A stretch of DNA of 64,000 nucleotides, from the NCBI GenBank assembly GCA_951812955.1, contig OX638340.1, forward strand, positions 2,336,001 to 2,400,000. Reading direction: 5' to 3'. The DNA comes from an uncultured Gemmatimonadota bacterium. Lineage in GTDB: Bacteria > JAAXHH01. Under the pieces are notes generated by a model that saw only the letters and a program-made list of their open reading frames with translations, was not told the DNA's origin and searched no databases. Both the position numbers and the translations under genes were made by a program. This document shows, piece after piece, positions 9,577 through 18,500 of this stretch (positions are counted from its first letter, which is position 1; the number at the start of each line of letters is the position of its first letter).

Positions 9577-9723
9577 TATGGCCGACGACTAGTACAGCCG
9601 GTCGATCACGACGTCCGCTCCGGAGTATGGCCGACGACTAGTACAGCCGGTCGATCACGACGTCCGCTCCGGAGTATGGCCGACGACTAGTACAGCCGGT
9701 CGATGACGACGTCCGCTCCGGAT
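9577..9723. repeat. 49-bp tandem repeat x3, each copy carrying the 3' end and stop of the upstream gene
   Basis: TATGGCCGACGACTAGTACAGCCGGTCGAT(C/G)ACGACGTCCGCTCCGGAG begins at 9577, 9626 and 9675. Each copy reads ..VVIDRLY-stop. The real stop is at 9687-9689. Confidence 0.85.
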
Positions 9724-10220
9724 TCTCCGATGACCACCCTAGGGATGACCCCTTCCATATCGCCGGCCTGCGGTACGCCGGCGTTTCCGTCCAAGTCGAT
9801 GCGCGCGACAATGGTGACTTCACCGGTGAAAGAAGGGCCCTGGACCGCCTGGTCCGCACCCGTCAGCGTGTACGGCATGGGAAACCGCAGGCTTCTGAAT
9901 CGCTTGACGGCAAGGGGCGGGCCGTTCTCGCCCCGTCTCGCCATGACGTACATGGTCTCCGAGCCTCTGAGCCGTGAGAAAAGTCCCGGCGTGATGTCGA
10001 TGGTTCCCGATACGCTTTCTCCGCTTACCGGGACTGCGGTGGGTTGTCCTTCCTCGAAGCTTCGGCCGGCTATCCGGCTGCCATCCATCGGCTGTTGCCG
10101 TTCCACGAAGGATCTGCCGGACGCCATTCCGCCGTCTTCGGGCAAGGGACGCAGGTTCTGATCGCATCCGCACCAGATCAGCAGGCCCAGCAATATCGAT
10201 TCAAGATGGAATTTGCGCAT
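9687..10220 (-). CDS. secreted hypothetical protein with a signal peptide
   Basis: The likely start is MRKFHLESILLGLLIWCGC at 10220. No family recognised. Confidence 0.4.
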   Translation of the reverse strand: MRKFHLESILLGLLIWCGCDQNLRPLPEDGGMASGRSFVERQQPMDGSRIAGRSFEEGQPTAVPVSGESVSGTIDITPGLFSRLRGSETMYVMARRGENGPPLAVKRFRSLRFPMPYTLTGADQAVQGPSFTGEVTIVARIDLDGNAGVPQAGDMEGVIPRVVIGESGADVVIDRLY

Positions 10221-10570
10221 ATTCAAATGGGATTCGACCGCCGGGAATACTCCGTTTTGCGGGTGTTTTTCGTCGTCCGAATACTCCGGATAGTCTAGGC
10301 GAACCACCGGTTGTTGTCAACCTCTATGTACCTGTGCGCGGTAGAATAAAGTGCTTGACTAGACCCGTTGCGTAAATCTAACATGGAACTTCGTCGGCGG
10401 CTCCGTTCTCGGGGATCGGCCGGCACGATAGTTCAGGCAAGCGAAGCACGAGCGCACCACTCCTTTGCCGTGCCTGCCGCGGGTGGTATGGTCTCGCCAG
10501 ATTCCACCTTCTCTTTGCGATAAACCGGGTATTATACGCAACGGTTCCCCGGAACCAGGACGGAACAGTC

Positions 10571-11203
10571 ATGCCGCAGGGTACGATAACCAGGCTGAAC
10601 CACACCAGGGGATACGGATTCATCAACACGCCGGAGAACGAGGACCTGTTTTTTCATCGATCCAATATAATGGATGCGCAGTTTTCTCTATTGCAGGTCG
10701 GCGACCAGGTGACCTATACGGTTCAGTTCACTTCCCGCGGTCCACGGGCCGACCAGGTCCAGGTCGAGAGTCCGTCCGTGAAGCTCCAGGTCAACCTGGC
10801 CGTGAAGGACCTGCGTGTGTCCGCAGCATTCTACACCGAGACCTTCGATTTCAAGGAACTTTCTAACAATCCCGGCTATATCCTCCTTAAACGGAACGAT
10901 CTGATAATCGGATTGAAGACGGACGAACTGCTCTGGCATCCGGACCCTGGGGAACAGCCCGATGCGGCGCTCGTTCGGGGCGTGGGGGTCGAACTGGTCC
11001 TGGAAATCTCGGATATCGGCCAGTTTCACGCAAGGATGCAACAGGCCGGCGTGACCATACACGAACCGTTGAAAGAACAGCCGTGGGGCGCCACGGACTT
11101 CCGCATGCTGGATCCGGACGGGTACTACTGGCGGATCACGTCTCCCCGCGACCGCGATGTCGTCCACGCCGAAGAAGAACCGACGGAAGGTGAACCCGCG
11201 TGA
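10571..11203 (+). CDS. cold-shock domain fused to a glyoxalase/bleomycin-resistance (VOC) domain protein
   Basis: The N-terminus ([27 protein letters not shown]) is a CSD/S1-like fold. The C-terminal half is a VOC-family beta-alpha-beta-beta-beta repeat. The stop overlaps the GTG of the next gene (GTGA at 11200-11203). Confidence 0.6.
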   Translation: MPQGTITRLNHTRGYGFINTPENEDLFFHRSNIMDAQFSLLQVGDQVTYTVQFTSRGPRADQVQVESPSVKLQVNLAVKDLRVSAAFYTETFDFKELSNNPGYILLKRNDLIIGLKTDELLWHPDPGEQPDAALVRGVGVELVLEISDIGQFHARMQQAGVTIHEPLKEQPWGATDFRMLDPDGYYWRITSPRDRDVVHAEEEPTEGEPA

Positions 11204-11937
11204 GACTACTGGGAATCGATATCGGCGGATCGGGTATTAAGGGCGCGCCGGTCTGTCTGGAATCCGGGAAACTCGAGACGGAACGGTTCAGGATCGCGAC
11301 CCCCCAACCGGCCACCCCCGGTAAAGTCATCAAGACCGCGGCGGAAATCGTCCGGCACTTCGACCTCGAGGGTCCCGTGGGTTTCGGCTTTCCCGCGGTG
11401 ATCAAGAACGGCACGGTAAGGACCGCGGCGAACATCGACTCGTCCTGGATCGGCGTGAACGCGGCCGAACGCCTGGCGGAGGCAACGGGCCGTCCGGTCG
11501 TTCTCGTGAACGACGCCGATGCGGCGGGTATAGCGGAAATGCATTACGGCTCGGGCAGGGGCAGGGACGGCGTGGTGGTCATCGCGACCCTCGGAACCGG
11601 TATCGGAACCTCCCTGTTTGTCGACGGCAAGCTCGTGCCCAGCACGGAATTCGGCCACATCGAGATGAAAGGGCGCGTGGCGGAGAAATACGCCGCCGAC
11701 AGCGTGCGGAATGAGAAGCGGCTGGGCTGGCGGGAATGGGGCGGGCGCGTAAACGAGTACCTTTGCAAGCTGAACGAGCTGATCCGGCCGGACCTGATCA
11801 TCGTGGGCGGCGGCGCCAGCAACAAGTACGAAAAGTTTTCCCCGTGCTTCACCGTGGATACCGAGGTCGTACCCGCCCGGCTGAGAAACCAGGCCGGGAT
11901 CATCGGGGCGGCCCTGGCCGCGCAGACCGCCGCGTGA
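11200..11937 (+). CDS. ppgK: polyphosphate glucokinase (ROK family)
   Basis: [16 protein letters not shown]... is the ROK/PpgK N-terminal ATPase motif. 245 aa, typical for PpgK. GTG start. Confidence 0.75.
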   Translation: MRLLGIDIGGSGIKGAPVCLESGKLETERFRIATPQPATPGKVIKTAAEIVRHFDLEGPVGFGFPAVIKNGTVRTAANIDSSWIGVNAAERLAEATGRPVVLVNDADAAGIAEMHYGSGRGRDGVVVIATLGTGIGTSLFVDGKLVPSTEFGHIEMKGRVAEKYAADSVRNEKRLGWREWGGRVNEYLCKLNELIRPDLIIVGGGASNKYEKFSPCFTVDTEVVPARLRNQAGIIGAALAAQTAA

Positions 11938-11964
11938 CCCGCGAGAACGACGAAAGCGCCGTAC

Positions 11965-12840
11965 ATGTCCATTCTCACCAAGTCGAAACTGTTTCCCCTG
12001 CTGCCCGACGGCGTCCGCGGACGCGTGACTGAGAAACACCGGCTTTCCCCGTCCGGCCGCCTTAAGAGCAGGAAACAGGCCGGAGAGTTCATCCTGGAAC
12101 GGTGTTTCGTTTCGGTATACTCCGGTACCGAACTTCCCAGTATCCAGGAGGCCATTGACGGCAGGACCGACCTTTCCGATCGCGGTGACCGGATAAGCAC
12201 GGGACAAGGCATCGCCAGCATCTGGATGGGCGACCTGACGGAAGCCGTACCCTGCCTTGTCGGCACGTTCGTGAAGCGAAAGCCCACGCTGGTCGCCCGA
12301 AAGCACTGGGCAGCGCTGCTGGCCATGGAACGGGAGGGTTTCAAGGGCGCCCGGGAACGCAACCGGATATCCCCGGCGGCATACCACCTGGCCGACTGCA
12401 TCGAACGAGACGGTCCGGCCACGGGTCAAACCCTCCGCGATCGACTCGCCGAATCCGTCCGCATGGACAGGCGGACATTCCGCAAGGCATTGCTGGAGCT
12501 CGAGAAACTGTGGTTGATCGTTCCCGGACGTATCGAAAGGAGCATGCACGACGCGGCTTCGTGCGTATGGGAGTTGACGAAGCGATGGGTGCCTGCCGAC
12601 ACGGCGAGGGAAGCCGTCTCCATGACCCGCCGTCACGCCATGCGCAGCCTGCTCCTGGGCGCCGTGGATTCCGCGGGGGCCGTCGACGAGAAGGCGGTCT
12701 ACAGCTGGTTCGGCTGGCCCCGGTCCATGACGGGCGTCCTCATGCAGGAAGCCCTGTCGGCGGAAGCGTGCTTCCGGGTAGCCGGCCCCAATCCCGTGAT
12801 CATTTCGAGTGACCTGGCCGAAATCTGGCCGGAAGCCTAG
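11965..12840 (+). CDS. hypothetical protein, possibly a winged-helix DNA-binding/DNA-repair glycosylase-like (YcaQ-type) protein
   Basis: 291 aa with no diagnostic motif. This is a weak guess from the overall composition. Confidence 0.3.
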   Translation: MSILTKSKLFPLLPDGVRGRVTEKHRLSPSGRLKSRKQAGEFILERCFVSVYSGTELPSIQEAIDGRTDLSDRGDRISTGQGIASIWMGDLTEAVPCLVGTFVKRKPTLVARKHWAALLAMEREGFKGARERNRISPAAYHLADCIERDGPATGQTLRDRLAESVRMDRRTFRKALLELEKLWLIVPGRIERSMHDAASCVWELTKRWVPADTAREAVSMTRRHAMRSLLLGAVDSAGAVDEKAVYSWFGWPRSMTGVLMQEALSAEACFRVAGPNPVIISSDLAEIWPEA

Positions 12841-12964
12841 CACGGCTGGTCCGATCGGCGGCGGAACTTCCGCCCAGCCTACGGGGGAACGCCCGTCCGA
12901 CCGGCGGCGCATCCCCACGGCCAACCTGTGAGCCGAATCCCATCCCTAAGGAACCCGTCCCGAT

Positions 12965-13735
12965 ATGCGCCTATACCACGATGACGACCAGGCCCGGCTC
13001 TGGCTGGGCGACGCGCGCAGGATGGACCCGATCCCCGACGGGTGCGCCAGCCTGGTGCTGACGTGTCCGCCCTGGTGGGACGGCGGCGACTACGGCCACC
13101 CGGACCAGATCGGCTTCGGCCAGACCTATGCTGGGTTTCTAACCTCCCTCTCCGAGGTCTGGGCGCATTGCCGACGGTGCCTGATGCCCGGCAGGGCGAT
13201 GATCGTCTGGATCGCAGATCTGCTCTGGCGGGAAGAACCGGTCGCGCTTGTGGCGGACGCGCACCGCGGTCTCCAGGAGGCCGGGTTTCTGTACGAGGCG
13301 ACCTGGTACTGGTTCGATCCGCGGAAGGAAACGAGGAAGGAAGAGGCGGATGCCCGCGTGCCGCTCGGATGCCGGCCCAAGGCGCACGCCGAGACCATCC
13401 TGGTCTACCGTAAGCCTGGCGCCGCCGAAACGCCCGCACCCGGCGTCATACAAAAAAGCCGCGTACCCGCGGAAGAATGGCGGGCGGGCCGCCAGGCCGT
13501 ATGGATGCCCGACGAGAACCTGGAACCCCCATACCAACGCCTGATTCGCCTCTGGTCATACGCGGGAGAAACGGTCCTGGATCCCTTTGCCGGGCAGGGC
13601 ATGATCGCGCTGGCGGCGCGTGCGCTCGAGCGCCGCAGCATCTCCGTGGAACTGAATTCCGATTCCTGCCGGCAGATCGTCTCGCTCCTCGCGGAGCCTC
13701 ACATGCCGTGTTCGTCCAGCAGCCGCCGCAGGTAG
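12965..13735 (+). CDS. DNA methyltransferase (beta-class N6-adenine/N4-cytosine, PF01555-like)
   Basis: Motif IV-like LTCPPWW lies N-terminal to motif I VLDPFAGQGMIALAA, the beta-class order. No restriction enzyme is evident nearby. Confidence 0.6.
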   Translation: MRLYHDDDQARLWLGDARRMDPIPDGCASLVLTCPPWWDGGDYGHPDQIGFGQTYAGFLTSLSEVWAHCRRCLMPGRAMIVWIADLLWREEPVALVADAHRGLQEAGFLYEATWYWFDPRKETRKEEADARVPLGCRPKAHAETILVYRKPGAAETPAPGVIQKSRVPAEEWRAGRQAVWMPDENLEPPYQRLIRLWSYAGETVLDPFAGQGMIALAARALERRSISVELNSDSCRQIVSLLAEPHMPCSSSSRRR

Positions 13736-14535
13736 GCGACGGCCTTGGGTACCGCCGTCTCCTCGGCTTCAACGTCCTGCCCTTCGTAAACGACCGACAT
13801 CCAGCCATTGAAACCGACCTGCTTCAGGATCCCGAGAATGCGTGGATAGTCCAGCCACGCTTCCTCGCCGGACTGGACGCGGTAGAACTTCGCCCGGACG
13901 TGCGCGGCGTGCGGCGCGCTTTTCTCCATACTTCCGTAGAAATCGTATGCGGGATCGGGATTGCCTCTCGCTCCCGATGCGCCCGGTGACCCGGCGTACT
14001 GGCCCGTGTCCAGTATATGGGTGAAGGAAGGGTGGTTCACTTCGGTGAGAATCCGCACAACGTCATCGCCCGTGCGGGTCACGCACCCGTGGTTGTGGTT
14101 GTGCAGTCCCACGGCGACGCCCCGGGCGGCCCCGTGGGCGACGACCTCCGAAATCGCGTGGATCATGCGGGTCCACGTAACGTCGGCGGGCGTATCGTCC
14201 CGGTCCCACGCGGCGAAGATGCGCACCATCGGCACGTGCATACGCGCGGCCACGTCGATCCAGTGGTTGACCATCCCGATCTCTTCGGCGATCTCACCGG
14301 CCGGCTTTCCGAAGTTGTTGCTGATGCCGAGGTAGGAGATGGCCAGCCCCCGCTGCAGGCATCGCATGCGCACGTCCCCCAGGTACGCGTCGTCTTCCGA
14401 CGCCAGCGCCCGGGTATGGATGTCGATCCCGTCGAGTTCCATTTCCCGGGCGCGGTCGATGAAGTCGAAAAGGTCCATGCGGCCTTCCGAAATGGCGTGA
14501 CCATAGCTTAAGGACATGCAACCGAGTTTAATCAC
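13699..14535 (-). CDS. sugar phosphate isomerase/epimerase (xylose-isomerase-like TIM barrel)
   Basis: 278 aa with a TIM-barrel pattern and HNH metal ligands. The GTG start at 14535 overlaps the stop of the upstream gene (GTGA). An alternative ATG lies at 14517. Confidence 0.65.
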   Translation of the reverse strand: MIKLGCMSLSYGHAISEGRMDLFDFIDRAREMELDGIDIHTRALASEDDAYLGDVRMRCLQRGLAISYLGISNNFGKPAGEIAEEIGMVNHWIDVAARMHVPMVRIFAAWDRDDTPADVTWTRMIHAISEVVAHGAARGVAVGLHNHNHGCVTRTGDDVVRILTEVNHPSFTHILDTGQYAGSPGASGARGNPDPAYDFYGSMEKSAPHAAHVRAKFYRVQSGEEAWLDYPRILGILKQVGFNGWMSVVYEGQDVEAEETAVPKAVAYLRRLLDEHGM

Positions 14536-15650
14536 TGCGCGTCTTCCTCTCTCCCGGTGGATGTGCTGTCGCCGGGCTGACTGTCGCCGGGCTGGCTGTC
14601 GCCGGACGGGCGGTCGCCGGGCTGGCTGTCGTCCATCGTGCAGGACTGCTCCAGGAAATAGACCATCACGTACTCTTCCGCCGTACGCTTGGGGCCGGGC
14701 AGGTTTCGGATCCGCCGAGCGTGGGCTTCGAGGTGGCGCTTGACGAAGAACAGATATAGCTGGGTGACGAAATCGGTCGCCGTATGATTGTAGAGGTACG
14801 TGGGCGACAGGGAAAGGGTGGTATCAACGCCCGGATAGGCCGCTGTTTGATGGCCTTCCAGCATTTCCTTGTTTATCGATTCGAGCTCCTCGGTGGACAC
14901 GCTGAACAGGAATTCGCGAAAGGCCTGCAACTCCTCCGGCGGACAGGTTTTCCTGGAGAAGTAATCGAGGAACTGGATGTCGCCGCCGGCGCGCATCAGG
15001 GCGAAGATCTCGGACACTCCCATGAGCGTGCCCAGTTGCACGGTGGTCTGCCGCCGAGCTTCCCAGGTGGTCTCCAGCACGGGCAGGAAGGCTTCGATGC
15101 GCCGGGAAAACCGGTCTTCCCAGAGTAAGGTCAGGGCGGTGGCCGCCTTGGTTCGGACGGCGCGGCCGAGACTGTCGTCGCAGACAATGGCGGTCAGTAG
15201 CGATTCGATCACCTTATTGTGTATGCTCTGGCTGATCCGGTTGCCGATTGCGTCTTCCACGGTCGTGAAATCCTTCCTGCCGCCCAGCGCCTCCTGGGCG
15301 ACCTGGTGCAGCAGCCGGAACAGATTGAGTCGCGCCATGACGTACACCTGCCCGACCGCGGCACGCATGGGCAGCAGCATGTCGACCGTGAACAGCGTGG
15401 CGTTGGAAAGCGCTTCGATCAGGGACGAGGCGTCTCTCCGCTGCTGGCCCAGGGACTGGCTTTGCAGCAGGGAGGGATAGGCGTTCATGACCTTTGCTAG
15501 ATCATTCAGCCGGGCGATGGATTCACAGATCGCCTGGTCGAGGTGCGCGGCGTGGGGATTTCTGCTTTCCTTCAGCGAATCGGTGATATCACAGATCAGC
15601 CGTTTGTCGTCGTGAGTCAGGACGGGCGTATCGAGGGTGGTTGTGTCCAA
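14532..15650 (-). CDS. hypothetical all-helical protein with a C-terminal DSQPGD repeat tail
   Basis: The ORF 14532..15914 overlaps rhaM out of frame. The most 5' plausible start after rhaM is the TTG at 15650, which has a GGGG element upstream. The C-terminus is DDSQPGDRPSGDSQPGDSQPGDSTSTG. No recognised family. Confidence 0.4.
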   Translation of the reverse strand: MDTTTLDTPVLTHDDKRLICDITDSLKESRNPHAAHLDQAICESIARLNDLAKVMNAYPSLLQSQSLGQQRRDASSLIEALSNATLFTVDMLLPMRAAVGQVYVMARLNLFRLLHQVAQEALGGRKDFTTVEDAIGNRISQSIHNKVIESLLTAIVCDDSLGRAVRTKAATALTLLWEDRFSRRIEAFLPVLETTWEARRQTTVQLGTLMGVSEIFALMRAGGDIQFLDYFSRKTCPPEELQAFREFLFSVSTEELESINKEMLEGHQTAAYPGVDTTLSLSPTYLYNHTATDFVTQLYLFFVKRHLEAHARRIRNLPGPKRTAEEYVMVYFLEQSCTMDDSQPGDRPSGDSQPGDSQPGDSTSTGREEDAQ

Positions 15651-15693
15651 CGTAATTTTGTTTACCCCGCGCGCGGGGGGCGCGCTTTGCCTG

Positions 15694-16029
15694 CTATTCC
15701 AAGTAGAATACCTGCTCCAGCGGCACCATGTTCTCGTCGGCGTGCTTGCCGCCGAGGTTCTCGAAGTAGGGCGCCATGAACTCCTGCCATCGCGTGTTGA
15801 CGTCTTTTTCGGCCATGGTGGCCAGCGCTTTCTCGAAATCCGGTGTCTCGCAATATCCGAAGAGCAGCCCGTCCTCGCGCATGAAAAGCGAGTAGTTGTG
15901 CCATCCCGCTTCACGCAGGGCGTCCAGCAACTCCGGCCACACCTCCCGGTGGTGCTTCTTGTAGTCTTCGATCATGCCTTCCTTGACCTTCAGGATGAAT
16001 CCCACCCTTTGCATGGCGATCTCCTTCAT
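15694..16029 (-). CDS. rhaM: L-rhamnose mutarotase
   Basis: 111 aa matching the RhaM family fold (..WPEL...HNYS.F......LF.Y.E........EVFYLE). Confidence 0.75.
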   Translation of the reverse strand: MKEIAMQRVGFILKVKEGMIEDYKKHHREVWPELLDALREAGWHNYSLFMREDGLLFGYCETPDFEKALATMAEKDVNTRWQEFMAPYFENLGGKHADENMVPLEQVFYLE

Positions 16030-16035
16030 GCTTCG

Positions 16036-16094
16036 CGCATTATGCCTTGTAACTGACTATTTCTGTCACGCCTCGTGCTTGTAACTGACTATCT
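16036..16094. repeat. tandem duplicate (~30 bp) of the deacetylase gene 3' end, including a stop
   Basis: CTTGTAACTGACTAT(C/T)TC occurs twice. The upstream copy reads EIVSYKHEA-stop (real stop at 16066). The downstream copy reads EIVSYKA-stop. Confidence 0.7.
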
Positions 16095-16926
16095 CGATGT
16101 TCTCGTGGTCCGACCTGCGGGCCCGCTCGAGGGCGTAGGACGTGACCGGGAAATAATAGTGGGTTTCGGCGTTGAGCGAAATGAACCCCTCGGCGTAGGC
16201 GACGTTTCCCGCGCTGCCGAAAGCGCCATCGGAGGTCTCGATGCGTTTCCGCGCGTACGCGCCGCCGTAGCCCTGGCTCACGAGGGCGTCCAGCGAAGCC
16301 AGTTTTTTGTCGACCACGTCGGTGATATCGATGAAAACGTCGTTGTAATACCCGCCGCGGGCGTCCCACACGTTGCGCGGAAGACTCGCCGCGCCGCATC
16401 CCCAATAAAACACCTGTGCGACCTGGTGGGGCGGACGCCGGTCGCCCGGGTCGACGGAGCCGGCCAGTCCCATGGCGAGCATCACAATGCGGCCGGCCAC
16501 GGCGTGGGGGTTCCACGTGCCCCCGCCCTCGTCGGGGAAATGGGTGAGGATGATGTCCGGCTTCAATTCTCGCAGCAGGCGGGCAAGCTGGCGTACGATC
16601 GGCTTCTCGGGCAGCAGTACCGCGTCGTCGGCGCCCAGGAAATAGACGTCTTCCACACCGAGGGCGCGGCAGGCCGAGCGCACTTCTTCCGCCTTCACGT
16701 CGGACCGTTCCGCCATCATCTGTTTCAGCGTTTCCCCCTCCGGCACCTCCTCCGCGTGGAACATCTCGTCGCTGATCACCTTGTCGTGCACGCGGGCCCC
16801 ATGGGTCAATACCACGCAACCTACCCAGTCTCCCCTGGCCGCATGATGGGCCATGGCGCCGCCTGATTGATCGAAAATGTCGGCCGGATGAGCGCCGATG
16901 GACAATATCCGAAGCCGATCACTCAT
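16066..16926 (-). CDS. PIG-L/LmbE family N-acetylglucosaminyl deacetylase
   Basis: LSIGAHPADIFD is a variant of the AHPDDE motif. A downstream HxxH is present. 286 aa. Confidence 0.7.
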   Translation of the reverse strand: MSDRLRILSIGAHPADIFDQSGGAMAHHAARGDWVGCVVLTHGARVHDKVISDEMFHAEEVPEGETLKQMMAERSDVKAEEVRSACRALGVEDVYFLGADDAVLLPEKPIVRQLARLLRELKPDIILTHFPDEGGGTWNPHAVAGRIVMLAMGLAGSVDPGDRRPPHQVAQVFYWGCGAASLPRNVWDARGGYYNDVFIDITDVVDKKLASLDALVSQGYGGAYARKRIETSDGAFGSAGNVAYAEGFISLNAETHYYFPVTSYALERARRSDHENIEIVSYKHEA

Positions 16927-17147
16927 GTAGATACACTCATTCTTCGAAAGGGCGCAATCAACAGGTGTTACGGGTATGTTGTACGCTTGACTGTGGCCGA
17001 TTGAAAGGCTTTCTTGTCCCAGGCTACCGACGGGCCGGATGGTCGGAGACGACGAGGGATTCCGGTTTCGGCGGTGCCTGTAGTTTCGATATCCCGGAAT
17101 ATAGATCGTCGCACCTGCCCGTCAACAGGATTTTCCACAGGGCGCCC

Positions 17148-18377
17148 ATGCTCGCGCGGCTTGGCTCACGCTGGAAAGCGGCCGGTCTGCTTTCCATTAC
17201 CGATTTCCGTTACCTCTGGATATCCAGCAGCATCTGGTGGCAGACGCGCTGGATGGATGAGCTGATCGTCGGCTGGGTCGTGCTGGAGCTGACCGACTCG
17301 GCCGGGATGGTGGCGCTGGTCAGTTTCTGCCGCATGGCGCCGTTCATGCTCTTCGGCCCTTTCTTCAGCACCGTGGTGCGGTACGTGAGCTACCGGTGGC
17401 TGATCGTCAACGCCCAGTTTATCAACTGTACCGTCAGCGGCCTCTTCTGGGCCCTCGCCTTCTTCGGCGATCTCGCCTTCTGGCACATCGTCGTCGGTTC
17501 CATCCTCATCGGCATGGGCAGCGCCTACGACTGGTCCTCCCGCCGGGCGCTCATCCCGGACCTGGTAGGCAAGGACCGGACGACGGACGCCATGGTCATG
17601 GAGACGGTACCGCAGAACATCTCACGGCTGATCGGGCCGCTCATGAGCGGCATCCTGCTCGAGTTTACAGGTACGAAGGGGGGATTCCTTGCCCTCTTCC
17701 TCCTTCAGATCGTCCAGATCGCCGTCATCGTCCGGCTTTCCTCCGACACGGACCGAACCGACCGGAAGAAGAGCCGGCTGGCCCCGTGGAAGGACCTGCT
17801 GCTCGCCTACCGGTATTCCCGCCGGAACCCCCGGATCTCGGGCGTGCTGATCATCACCTTCCTCATGAACGCCTTCGCCTTCTCCTACCAGGTGCTGCTG
17901 CCCGTTTTCGTGCGGGACGTCCTCTTCCTGGGCCCCATGGAACTGGGCCTCCTCGGCGCGGGCACCGGGATCGGATCGATCTTGGGCATCGCCCTGATAG
18001 ACCGACTGGGCAGGTACTACCGGGAAGGCATCATCTTCACCATCAGTTCCCTGCTCAACGCCGTGGCCACGCTGATATTCGCCCTCTCCATGTCATTTTC
18101 CCTCTCCCTGGCCATGCTGATCCTGGTAGGCATCGGCCAGACCGGGTTCAGCATCATGCAGTCTTCGATCATTCTCCGCTCCTCCATAGACGCCATGCGG
18201 GCCCGGGTCATGGGCCTGCTCGTGCTCGCCATCGGCGGAGGTCCGCCGGGACGGCTGCTGGTCGGTTCGCTGGCCGGCGTCGTCGGCGCGCCCCTTGCCC
18301 TGGCTACATGCGCCGGGGTTGCCAGCATGGGCGTCGTGAGTGTGCTGTGGCGGTTGGGGGGAATGCGGCGAAATTGA
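17148..18377 (+). CDS. MFS transporter
   Basis: 12 predicted TM helices. The ORF start at 16965 is over-extended, and the ATG at 17148 gives a typical MFS N-terminus. Confidence 0.7.
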   Translation: MLARLGSRWKAAGLLSITDFRYLWISSSIWWQTRWMDELIVGWVVLELTDSAGMVALVSFCRMAPFMLFGPFFSTVVRYVSYRWLIVNAQFINCTVSGLFWALAFFGDLAFWHIVVGSILIGMGSAYDWSSRRALIPDLVGKDRTTDAMVMETVPQNISRLIGPLMSGILLEFTGTKGGFLALFLLQIVQIAVIVRLSSDTDRTDRKKSRLAPWKDLLLAYRYSRRNPRISGVLIITFLMNAFAFSYQVLLPVFVRDVLFLGPMELGLLGAGTGIGSILGIALIDRLGRYYREGIIFTISSLLNAVATLIFALSMSFSLSLAMLILVGIGQTGFSIMQSSIILRSSIDAMRARVMGLLVLAIGGGPPGRLLVGSLAGVVGAPLALATCAGVASMGVVSVLWRLGGMRRN

Positions 18378-18500
18378 TGGTTGGGCCGCCGCGGAGAAAT
18401 TGATGGACGCGGCATAATTGACGGGCGCGGGAATTGTGGGACGCGGAGAGACCGGCGCGGAATGATGGGCGCGGGAATTTGACGGGCGCGGCGGCCGCGG
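18360..18500. repeat. array of ~8 degenerate 16-20-bp units derived from the MFS gene's last codons and stop
   Basis: The consensus is GCGCGG(G)AATTGATGG. Most units retain TGA. The array fills the whole convergent intergenic gap between the MFS stop (18377) and the enolase-family stop (18501). Confidence 0.75.

Noticed and set aside
9577-9723. CRISPR array interpretation of the 49-bp tandem repeats (and of the other arrays)
   Set aside because: The copies are directly adjacent with no unique spacers, each derives from the adjacent gene's end, and there are no cas genes.
11206-12924. 572-aa antisense ORF spanning ppgK and the next gene
   Set aside because: It lies opposite two coherent CDSs, has Arg/Pro/Gly-rich composition typical of spurious high-GC antisense frames, and has no motifs.
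14532-15914. 460-aa ORF whose N-terminus overlaps rhaM
   Set aside because: rhaM homology is strong, and the overlap is an artefact of the longest-ORF call. It is truncated to the TTG at 15650.
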